DNA of 34,869 nucleotides from a virus: IMG/VR virus record IMGVR_UViG_3300045988_147840, positions 1 to 34,869 of that record; one strand, 5' to 3'. Shown piece by piece: positions 17,961 to 26,120 of this stretch (position 1 is its first letter; each line of letters starts with the position of its first letter). The notes under the pieces were generated by a model. It saw only the letters and a program-made list of their open reading frames with translations, ran no database searches and was not told where the DNA came from. The position numbers and the translations under genes were made by a program.

Positions 17961-18782
17961 ATGAATTATGGAGACGGAGCACTTTCTGCTTCAGATGTTG
18001 CTTTACTTTCAGGAAACAATGGAAGAAGTAACGATGGCTTTGGAGAAGGATCAGGCTGGTGGATTATTGTCTTTTTAATCTTTGCTTTTATGGGATGGGG
18101 CAGAAATGGATTTGGTGGAAACCAAGGTTCAGGAGCTGCTGACAACTATGTATTAGCTTCTGATTTTGCAACACTTCAAAGACAAATTGATAGTTCTACT
18201 GCTACTCTTGAGAGAAAAGCAGATGCTACTCAACAAGGAATTTGCGATGGATTTTATGCAATGAATACAGGAATGTTAAATGGATTTTCAGGAGTTCAAC
18301 AAGCAATGTGCCAAGGATTTAGCGGAATAAATCAAGCTATTAATACTAATGGCTATGAAACTAGACTTGGAACACAAACTTTAGGAAGTCAATTAGCAGC
18401 TTGCTGCTGCGATATTCGCCAAGAAATTGCAGATTGCTGCTGCAAAACACAATCTAATATTAAAGATGTAAATTATAACATGGCTATGAACACTAATGCT
18501 CTTCAAAATGCTATGTGCTTAAATACTAGAGATTTAATTGAAAACCAAAATGCAAATTACAGAGCTTTACATGATGAAATTGTTGCTAATAGAATAGAAG
18601 ATAAAAATGCTCAAATTCAAGCACAACAAAATGAAATTAACGCTTTAAGATTGGCAGCAAGTCAAGAAAGACAAAACACTTACTTAATTGACCAATTAAA
18701 ACCTTGCCCAATTCCAGCTTATATAACTTGCAATCCATATCAATCTGTTAATTACAATGGATGTAATTGTGGAAATTATTAA
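17961..18782 (+). CDS. Cys-cluster membrane protein (hypothetical)
   Basis: 273 aa, AAGGAGGA RBS. Gly-rich N-terminus with TM helix GWWIIVFLIFAFMGWG. 13 Cys including CCC...CCC (AACCCDIRQEIADCCCK). Gln/Asn-rich coiled coil, C-terminal GCNCGNY. Confidence 0.7.
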   Translation: MNYGDGALSASDVALLSGNNGRSNDGFGEGSGWWIIVFLIFAFMGWGRNGFGGNQGSGAADNYVLASDFATLQRQIDSSTATLERKADATQQGICDGFYAMNTGMLNGFSGVQQAMCQGFSGINQAINTNGYETRLGTQTLGSQLAACCCDIRQEIADCCCKTQSNIKDVNYNMAMNTNALQNAMCLNTRDLIENQNANYRALHDEIVANRIEDKNAQIQAQQNEINALRLAASQERQNTYLIDQLKPCPIPAYITCNPYQSVNYNGCNCGNY

Positions 18783-18823
18783 TAAAGTGTGTCCACTACA
18801 CTAAAAAAGTGTGATTTTACTTA

Positions 18824-18853
18824 TAGGGTAGTATCACACTACCCTATTTTTTT
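18824..18853 (+). terminator. Rho-independent terminator, with a possible competing upstream stem
   Basis: TAGGGTAGT atcac ACTACCCTA followed by TTTTTTT. AGTGTGAT (18808-18815) can alternatively pair with ATCACACT (18833-18840). Confidence 0.75.
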
Positions 18854-18869
18854 ATTAAGGAGGAATAAT

Positions 18870-19316
18870 ATGGAATGTGTAAAAAATTGTAGACTTTGCG
18901 ACAAATTTATATTAAGTCAAAGTATTGTATATAATGCAACAGTAAATCAATTAATAGTAGACTTGCCAGCTGGAAGCTATCAAAATTGCTCAAAATATTG
19001 TATAGTTTTGGCACAATCAATTCCAACAGAAACTACAATAAATGCACAGGTAGTGTTTACTATCGGTGGAGATGCAACAGTTGGTTATCCATTTTTAAAT
19101 CAAAATTGTACTCCTATATATGCTTCACAAGTAAGAACAAGAAGACTTTATCCTACAAGAGTAAATACATCTGTTGGAAGCGGAGTGTTTAAATATATAG
19201 GAAATTGTTGCCTACCAAGTAATGCCACAACAGTAAATACTGCTATACCTGTAACTACTGCAACTACAGCTACTCAAAGCACTAGATCAGTAGTAGAAAA
19301 TACTTCTAAAAAATAA
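18870..19316 (+). CDS. Cys-rich hypothetical protein (148 aa)
   Basis: AAGGAGGA RBS then ATG 18870. The ORF-track start at 18789 would run through the terminator. 8 Cys (MECVKNCRLC..., GNCC). Thr-rich C-terminal tail. Confidence 0.65.
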   Translation: MECVKNCRLCDKFILSQSIVYNATVNQLIVDLPAGSYQNCSKYCIVLAQSIPTETTINAQVVFTIGGDATVGYPFLNQNCTPIYASQVRTRRLYPTRVNTSVGSGVFKYIGNCCLPSNATTVNTAIPVTTATTATQSTRSVVENTSKK

Positions 19317-19327
19317 GGGGTGATCTT

Positions 19328-19843
19328 ATGGAAGAAAACAAAGAAATGAATACTGAAGATTTAAATTGTAAAGTAATTTCTGAAGTTGAAAAAGTAATTG
19401 GTCAAATAGTAGGAAATTCTTTACAAGTGGAAAATGTTGATTTACTTGGAAAATTAGTTGATATACATAAAGATATATCAAATGAAAAATATTGGAAAGT
19501 AAAGGAGGATAAAATTATGTATTACAGAGACGATTATAGAGATGACATGTATAGAGGAGGACGTTCAAGAGATAGCCGTGGTAGATATACAGAAAGAGGT
19601 TATGACAAAAGATATCGTGGCGAAGAAATGATAGATCATATGCAAAGAGATTATAGAAATTATAATGAAGGCAGAGAAGAATACAACAGAGGAAATTATG
19701 GAGCAAAAGGCGAAACATTAGAAAGCCTAGAATATATGATGCAATCAGTAGTAGATTTTGTAGATATGCTACAAAAAGATGCTAATTCTCAAGAAGAAAT
19801 AGAAACTATAAAAAAATATACTAGGAAAATAAGTGAAATGTAA
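19328..19843 (+). CDS. Hypothetical protein with an Arg/Tyr/Asp-rich central region; strong in-frame internal start at 19517
   Basis: 171-aa ORF. AAAGGAGG at 19501-19508 plus ATG 19517 in frame (MYYRDDYRDDMYRGGRSRDSRGRY...). Confidence 0.6.
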   Translation: MEENKEMNTEDLNCKVISEVEKVIGQIVGNSLQVENVDLLGKLVDIHKDISNEKYWKVKEDKIMYYRDDYRDDMYRGGRSRDSRGRYTERGYDKRYRGEEMIDHMQRDYRNYNEGREEYNRGNYGAKGETLESLEYMMQSVVDFVDMLQKDANSQEEIETIKKYTRKISEM

Positions 19844-20200
19844 TGTACCAATTTTACAACGCTAACTCAAAAGGCAATTTCACTAACGATTGTGTCATAA
19901 GAGCTATATCATTAGCAGAAAATAAAACTTGGGATGAAACATATGAAAAATTAAGTGACATAGCCCAAGAAGAAGGAATAATTTTAGATGACGTAAATTT
20001 CGTAGAAAATTATTTAGATGAAAGATATAGAAGAATACCACATTATTCAAGATATATAGGAGAATTTATAGAAGAATATCCAAACGGTACATTTCTTGCA
20101 ACAATGCCACGGTCATATAACCGTAATAAAAGATGGAATACTCTATGATACATTTGATTGTAGAAATAGAAGAATGTGGTGTGCTTGGAAAATAAGATAA
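19843..20200 (+). CDS. Papain-like (Cys...His) small protein; continuous only with a +1 shift at in-frame CGG 20110
   Basis: The upstream frame gives ...NDCVIRAIS...NGTFLATMP and then 12 aa of junk. The +1 frame from 20111 gives GHITVIKDGILYDTFDCRNRRMWCAWKIR, ending at TAA 20198-20200. The joined product is 118 aa. Confidence 0.6.
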
Positions 20201-20272
20201 AATAAATGCAGTATTGAAAAATATAGATGAAATGATTGCAATGCAGATTCTATGATATACTGCATAATATAT

Positions 20273-20347
20273 GGCGAGATAGGAAAGTGGTTAATCTCCA
20301 ACTCTGCAAAAGTTGTATCGTCAGTTCAAATCTGACTCTCGCCTCCA
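20273..20347 (+). tRNA. tRNA-Cys(GCA): tRNA-Cys (anticodon GCA)
   Basis: Acceptor GGCGAGA/TCTCGCC, anticodon stem CAACT/AGTTG with loop CTGCAAA, T arm GTCAG-TTCAAAT-CTGAC, discriminator T, encoded CCA. Confidence 0.85.
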
Positions 20348-20374
20348 TATGCAGATATTCATATATCAACCTCT

Positions 20375-20407
20375 GAGAAATGTTTTAAAGCATTTCTCTT
20401 TTTATTT
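20375..20407 (+). terminator. Rho-independent terminator after tRNA-Cys
   Basis: GAGAAATG ttttaaag CATTTCTC followed by TTTTTATTT. Confidence 0.75.
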
Positions 20408-20462
20408 GATAAATTTATCAATAAAATAATAAAATGGTCTTACAATTGATTACAAGAGCAAA

Positions 20463-20491
20463 TTGACATATCTAAAAATAAATGCTAAAAT
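20463..20491 (+). promoter_or_regulatory. SigmaA-type promoter TTGACA-17-TAAAAT with TG extension
   Basis: TTGACA at 20463-20468, TAAAAT at 20486-20491. Confidence 0.6.
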
Positions 20492-20526
20492 AAAATTGAA
20501 GGTTGATATGTATAGGAGGTGTTTTT

Positions 20527-20805
20527 ATGTCGCATAGAAAAGACCCTAACAGAATAAAAGTAAAAAATGAATTAATAAAACGATACGGTAAACGGTGCTG
20601 GATATGCGGTAGAAAATTCAACACCAACAAAAGATTACAGTTGCATCACATATTAAAGTGGTGTGAGAAACACGAAACAGATATTTCTAATACCTCTATT
20701 TTATGTGAAAAATGTCATAAAAATCTGCATAAATATGAAAAAGTAGATAAAAAACGGTATCAAGAAATTAATAATTACTTGTCACGATATAAAGATAGTT
20801 ATTAA
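20527..20805 (+). CDS. HNH endonuclease (92 aa) with foreign codon usage; the only gene using in-frame CGG (20593, 20755) as an apparent Arg codon
   Basis: GGAGGTG RBS then ATG 20527. CWICG...LQLHHILKW...CEKCHKNLH is an HNH/zinc-finger pattern. It uses CGA and CGG for Arg, unlike the rest of the genome. Confidence 0.75.
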   Translation: MSHRKDPNRIKVKNELIKRYGKRCWICGRKFNTNKRLQLHHILKWCEKHETDISNTSILCEKCHKNLHKYEKVDKKRYQEINNYLSRYKDSY

Positions 20806-20824
20806 TAAAGCTATCTTTATTTTT
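20789..20824 (+). terminator. Terminator hairpin spanning the HNH stop codon
   Basis: ATAAAGATAG (20789-20798) / CTATCTTTAT (20811-20820) followed by TTTT. Confidence 0.65.
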
Positions 20825-20827
20825 ACA

Positions 20828-20856
20828 TTGACAAAAATAATTTCATATGTTATAAT
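20828..20856 (+). promoter_or_regulatory. Consensus sigmaA promoter TTGACA-17-TATAAT with TG extension
   Basis: TTGACA at 20828-20833, TGt, TATAAT at 20851-20856. Confidence 0.7.
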
Positions 20857-20862
20857 ACAAAG

Positions 20863-20941
20863 TGTAACACACATTTGCAATACGAATAGTATATTTTATA
20901 AACCTCAAAACGCTACCCTTGAAAAAGGGTAGTATTTTTTT
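20863..20941 (+). ncRNA. Candidate small RNA of about 80 nt (promoter plus terminator, no ORF)
   Basis: Predicted transcription start is about 7 nt after the -10 box. There is no ATG-initiated ORF. The terminator is CTACCCTT gaaa AAGGGTAG followed by a T run at 20913-20941. Confidence 0.45.
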
Positions 20942-21005
20942 ACATTATATGATATAATATTTGTATAGTAAAAAATAACTAACTTATAATTAAGGAGGTA
21001 CTTAT

Positions 21006-21233
21006 ATGAAATATTTATATAAAATAAGTGAAAGAAGCGTAGTCACTCTTCTTAGAGGAGTAGACTTTGAACTGGATGAAAAAATAATATACTTAAAGAA
21101 AGAGAAAGAATATATTTCTACAAATTATTTGAAACATATTTTAGTAAGTAAAAAATCAGAATTAGTTTCCTTCACTTTTGATTTAAATGATGTAGAAAAA
21201 ATACAAAATAATATCAAAGAGGCTTATAGTTAG
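21006..21233 (+). CDS. Hypothetical early protein (75 aa)
   Basis: AAGGAGG RBS. An extended -10 (TGaTATAAT) lies about 50 nt upstream. Confidence 0.55.
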   Translation: MKYLYKISERSVVTLLRGVDFELDEKIIYLKKEKEYISTNYLKHILVSKKSELVSFTFDLNDVEKIQNNIKEAYS

Positions 21234-21244
21234 CCTCTTTTTTC
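21216..21244 (+). terminator. Rho-independent terminator overlapping the stop codon
   Basis: AAAGAGGCT tatagtt AGCCTCTTT followed by TTT. Confidence 0.7.
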
Positions 21245-21293
21245 TTACTCTACCAATGATTATAAGAAATTTTTAAAAAATAATAAAAAAGTA

Positions 21294-21322
21294 TTGACAT
21301 AGTACGGACAATGATATATAAT
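21294..21322 (+). promoter_or_regulatory. Consensus sigmaA promoter TTGACA-17-TATAAT
   Basis: TTGACA at 21294-21299, TATAAT at 21317-21322. Confidence 0.7.
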
Positions 21323-21347
21323 AGTGTCAACAAAGGGAGGAATTAAT

Positions 21348-21569
21348 ATGATAAAAATTAAAAAAGAAGATATGGAAATAATAAATAAAGCTATTAATAA
21401 AGTTAATTACAAATATAATATCGAAAATAATAAATGTGAGTTAGAAGAACTTATATGTTTAATAAGAGATTTAACAGAATTAGTAGAATATGAAGAAGAA
21501 GAAAAAAACGAATTAAAAGATGATATCAATGAATATGGTTTGAATTATCCAAAAGAATATTATGAGTAG
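21348..21569 (+). CDS. Hypothetical acidic early protein (73 aa)
   Basis: GGGAGG RBS then ATG 21348. The ORF-track start at 21324 lies at the promoter -10. Confidence 0.55.
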   Translation: MIKIKKEDMEIINKAINKVNYKYNIENNKCELEELICLIRDLTELVEYEEEEKNELKDDINEYGLNYPKEYYE

Positions 21570-21580
21570 GAGGTGAAACT

Positions 21581-21781
21581 TTGAAAACTTTAAAAGAACA
21601 ATATGAGAGTATACAAAAATGGAAAAAAGAAAATGTAGTAAGAAAAGAAGCATTAATACCTAAAAAAGATTATGAATGGTTTAAAATGAAACTTAAATCT
21701 ATGGGAATAAGTTATAACAGATGGGTAAATCAAAAGATAAAAGAAATGGAAAAATTAGAGGATAGGGGTGAAAATAAATGA
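21581..21781 (+). CDS. Small DNA-binding-like protein (possible ribbon-helix-helix)
   Basis: GGAGGTG RBS, TTG start, 66 aa. The KDYEWFKMKLKSMGISYNRWVNQKI pattern is RHH-like. Confidence 0.45.
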   Translation: MKTLKEQYESIQKWKKENVVRKEALIPKKDYEWFKMKLKSMGISYNRWVNQKIKEMEKLEDRGENK

Positions 21782-21915
21782 GTATAGGACAATTTATAAT
21801 ATTAGTATTTATGTTTAGTGTAATAGCATATGTTTTTGGATATGCAATAGACGAAAAGAGAGTTGATAAAAATGAAATTAGAAACAAAGTTAAGAATAGC
21901 AAAAGAAATGTATAA
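21778..21915 (+). CDS. Possible 45-aa membrane peptide; overlaps the next ORF
   Basis: ATGA overlap with the previous stop. Product is MSIGQFIILVFMFSVIAYVFGYAI... Confidence 0.3.
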   Translation: MSIGQFIILVFMFSVIAYVFGYAIDEKRVDKNEIRNKVKNSKRNV

Positions 21916-22135
21916 AGAAAAAGAGAAAAAAAGTGAAAAAATAAAAGAACCAAAACAAGAATTTAAAATAAGAAAATTTACTAGAAGAGATATTGATATT
22001 TTAAATAATAAAAATGGAAAGTGTGAAAAAATATACGAAAAATACAGTAAAAATAAATCTGAAAAATTAAAGAAAAAATGGTATGAAACCATAGAAAAGG
22101 AATTTGGGGGAATTGAAAATGATATTAAGTGTTGA
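21872..22135 (+). CDS. Hypothetical Lys/Glu-rich protein
   Basis: ORF-track ORF 21863..22135. First ATG is at 21872. Confidence 0.4.
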   Translation: MKLETKLRIAKEMYKEKEKKSEKIKEPKQEFKIRKFTRRDIDILNNKNGKCEKIYEKYSKNKSEKLKKKWYETIEKEFGGIENDIKC

Positions 22136-22333
22136 AGAATTTGGAAAAGAATATATGATTGTATTAGAAAAAGAGGAAAAAGAGATATCAGAAAACGATT
22201 GCGAACGTATGCCAAACATTGTGTCTGGAATAATACATTTAAAAGATATAGAAAACTTGATAACTCATTTAGAATATTTTAAAAATAATGATAGTTTAGA
22301 TAGAATGGATATAAAAATAGGAGGTGAAGAATA

Positions 22334-22334
<1 letters not shown>
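22119..22334 (+). CDS. Hypothetical protein (71 aa)
   Basis: GGGGGA RBS then ATG 22119. Confidence 0.5.
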
Positions 22335-23842
<1,508 letters not shown>

Positions 23843-23956
23843 ATACGTTTAAAACGTGTTAAAATTAATTTTAAAGTATTTTTATTGTTAATTCGATAAA
23901 TTATTCGTTTTAATATAAAAATGGTTTAAAATTAAAATTAGAAAGAGGTTGGTAAA

Positions 23957-24178
23957 ATGAAATTTAAAAATCAAATGGAAGCTGTTAAATGGCATTTAGA
24001 AAATAAACATAAACTTAGTAGTCTACAAGCATTTAGACTTTACGGAATAACAAGGCTATCTGATAAAATATTTAAATTAAGAAAAAGCGGATGGGATATA
24101 CAATCTGAAAAAATCAAAACTAAAAATAGATATGGAATTACTTGCGAATATTTTAATTATTTTATAAAAAAGTGTTGA
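23957..24178 (+). CDS. Winged-helix/HTH DNA-binding protein (putative)
   Basis: 73 aa. LSSLQAFRLYGITRLSDKIFKLRKSG is an HTH-like segment. Confidence 0.5.
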   Translation: MKFKNQMEAVKWHLENKHKLSSLQAFRLYGITRLSDKIFKLRKSGWDIQSEKIKTKNRYGITCEYFNYFIKKC

Positions 24179-24203
24179 CAGGTATTTTATTTTGATATAA
24201 AAT
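24175..24203 (+). promoter_or_regulatory. SigmaA-type promoter TTGACA-17-TAAAAT
   Basis: TTGACA at 24175-24180 overlaps the preceding stop codon. TAAAAT at 24198-24203. Confidence 0.6.
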
Positions 24204-24230
24204 TAACGTAAAGTAAAGTGAGGTGATAAA

Positions 24231-24440
24231 ATGAAAGTATACAAATTAAGACCTGAGGTTGAAATAGACTTTAAAAATTATGAAAATCAAAAACAAGTTG
24301 CTGAATTTTTAGGAATAAGTGAAAAGCACTTATCAGAAGTATTAAACAGAAAAGCAAATGCTAGTAAAATGCTGGCTTTAAGCATATCTCTTCTTAATAG
24401 AGAAGGTAATTTAGAAAAGTTATTTGAAGAAGTAAAATAA
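24231..24440 (+). CDS. XRE-type HTH regulator (putative)
   Basis: 69 aa. QKQVAEFLGISEKHLSEVLNRK is a classic HTH. GAGGTGA RBS. Confidence 0.6.
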   Translation: MKVYKLRPEVEIDFKNYENQKQVAEFLGISEKHLSEVLNRKANASKMLALSISLLNREGNLEKLFEEVK

Positions 24441-24539
24441 GAGGTGATTTAGATGGCTCAAAAATCGATTTAACTATAAATACCCTACAAACTATACCCA
24501 AAGATAAACAAATTGCTTTTTGTGACATGGAGTGATACT

Positions 24540-24689
24540 ATGGCAATCGCTAATATAAAAAATATAGATGATGAAAAATATAATAAAGCATTATTTGTAA
24601 TTAAATCTAAAGGTAGTAATTTTGCTAAAGAAGTTAAAAAAATGTGTGATAAATACGCTGAAGAATTTGATAAAACTTATAGTAAATAG
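24540..24689 (+). CDS. Small RHH-like protein (49 aa); absent from the ORF track
   Basis: Product is MAIANIKNIDDEKYNKALFVIKSKGSNFAKEVKKMCDKYAEEF.... The following gene starts 12 nt later. Confidence 0.4.
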   Translation: MAIANIKNIDDEKYNKALFVIKSKGSNFAKEVKKMCDKYAEEFDKTYSK

Positions 24690-24701
24690 GAGGCAAATTA
24701 A

Positions 24702-24911
24702 ATGGAAAACAAAAAAGTAACATTAGATGTTTATATGTCAGATAATATTGTATTTAAAGATATATTTAATTGTAGATTGGGATGTTACTTAACAGAATTA
24801 AATTTTATACCAATTGAAGGCATAAAATATGATGATGAAAAAGCTAAAGAACTCTTAAATATATTGCAGAATAAAAAATTAAAATTAACTATTGAAAGAG
24901 GAGATGATTAA
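24702..24911 (+). CDS. Hypothetical protein (69 aa)
   Basis: AGGAGG RBS. Confidence 0.5.
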   Translation: MENKKVTLDVYMSDNIVFKDIFNCRLGCYLTELNFIPIEGIKYDDEKAKELLNILQNKKLKLTIERGDD

Positions 24912-25364
24912 ATGGCACAGGTAGGTAATAATTATAGACATGGATATTATGGAACTAGGACATATAAAACATGGAGTGAAATGAAATATAGGTGCAAAAA
25001 TAATTTAAATAATTACAAAAATATAACATATTGCAAAGAATGGGAAAAATTTGAAAATTTTTTAAAAGATATGGGGGAAAGACCTGATGGTAAAACTCTT
25101 GATAGAATAGATGTATATGGCAATTATGAACCTAGTAATTGCAGATGGGCAACTTATGAGCAACAAGAAAATAATAAAACAAATAATAAATATTATGATT
25201 TAGAAAATTCCAAAATGACATTATCGCAAATAGCTAGAAAATATAATATAAGCAGGAGTAATCTTGCTAATAAAATTTATATTTATAAATGGGAAATAGG
25301 CAAAGCAATTAAATATTTGTTAGAAAAAAGAGGTGATTACAACGGCACAGAAAAGAATGTTTGA
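24912..25364 (+). CDS. DNA-binding protein (conserved phage N-terminal domain plus C-terminal HTH)
   Basis: YKTWSEMKYRC...ERPDGKTLDRID..YEPSNCRWAT... followed by LSQIARKYNISRSNLANKI. Confidence 0.5.
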   Translation: MAQVGNNYRHGYYGTRTYKTWSEMKYRCKNNLNNYKNITYCKEWEKFENFLKDMGERPDGKTLDRIDVYGNYEPSNCRWATYEQQENNKTNNKYYDLENSKMTLSQIARKYNISRSNLANKIYIYKWEIGKAIKYLLEKRGDYNGTEKNV

Positions 25365-26103
25365 CAAAAGAGTTACTGGTAGCGATAAATTTATGGATTT
25401 GCCTCACTCTTCAAAAGCATTATATTTTTTAGCGGGCATGGAAGCTGATGACAAAGGTTTTTTTCAACCAAGAAAATTACAAAAAATGTATGGATTCACT
25501 GATGATGATTTCAAAATATTAATAGCAAAAAGTTTTTTTATAGCATTTGAAAGTGGTGTAATGGTAGTTACGGACTGGAATAAAAACAATTGGTTAGACA
25601 CAAGAAGAATTACAGAAACAGAATATATAGACGAGTTAAATATGCTAAAATTGATAAATAATAAGTATGAACTTGCAAACCTTACGGAGAGTAAGCGCTT
25701 AGCAAATGCTAAGCAAATGCTAAGAGAGAATAGTATAGAAGAGAATAGTATAGAAGAGAATAATATATATAATACATCAACCGAATCTAAAGATTCTAAT
25801 GATGATAAATCTGATAAAGATACTAAACACAAATACGGAACATACAAAAAAGTTTTATTAACAGATAATCAATTAGATAAACTAAAATCAGAATATAGCA
25901 ATTATGAGGAATTAATATCATACTTAGATGAATATATCGAAAGACTAGGTTATAAAGCTAAAAATCATTATTTATGTATAAAAAAATGGGTAGTAGAAGC
26001 AGTTGAAAAAGAAAAAATAAAAAAAGAGGCAAATAAAACTAAATATCAAAATTATAATCAAAGAAAATATAATGATTTAGATATGTTTTATGATAATAAT
26101 TAA
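25357..26103 (+). CDS. Replisome organiser / DnaD-like replication initiation protein
   Basis: The N-terminus FDKRVTGSDKFMDLPHSSKALYFLAGMEADDKGF is typical of phage replisome organisers. Internal tandem repeats. Alternative GTG start at 25333. Confidence 0.65.
   Translation: MFDKRVTGSDKFMDLPHSSKALYFLAGMEADDKGFFQPRKLQKMYGFTDDDFKILIAKSFFIAFESGVMVVTDWNKNNWLDTRRITETEYIDELNMLKLINNKYELANLTESKRLANAKQMLRENSIEENSIEENNIYNTSTESKDSNDDKSDKDTKHKYGTYKKVLLTDNQLDKLKSEYSNYEELISYLDEYIERLGYKAKNHYLCIKKWVVEAVEKEKIKKEANKTKYQNYNQRKYNDLDMFYDNN
25701..25770 (+). repeat. Tandem direct repeats (11 nt x2, then 15 nt x2.6) inside the organiser gene; candidate origin iterons
   Basis: AGCAAATGCTA x2 at 25701-25722. GAGAATAGTATAGAA x2 plus GAGAATAATATATAT at 25726-25770. 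Confidence 0.6.
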
Positions 26104-26120
26104 TTGAGAGGAGAATAAAA

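Noticed and set aside
18789-18869. N-terminal extensions offered by the ORF track: 18789 for the 18870 gene, and similarly 5534, 14203, 20503, 21324, 28665, 30965 and 32604.
   Set aside because: These extensions run through terminators, promoters or the preceding gene. A strong Shine-Dalgarno sequence plus start codon exists further downstream in each case.
17961-19316. Naming the Cys-rich proteins as spore coat, exosporium or YjcZ-like proteins.
   Set aside because: There is only a vague compositional resemblance (Gly-rich TM N-terminus, Cys clusters). I cannot support homology from the sequence alone, so they are left as hypothetical.
20206-20407. tRNA-Cys as an attP or integration site.
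   Set aside because: The tRNA is full length with encoded CCA. No integrase is present, and the contig is a closed phage genome rather than a prophage junction.
25701-25770. The tandem repeats as a CRISPR-like array.
   Set aside because: The repeats are contiguous, with no spacers. They are only 11-15 nt long and lie in frame inside a coding gene.
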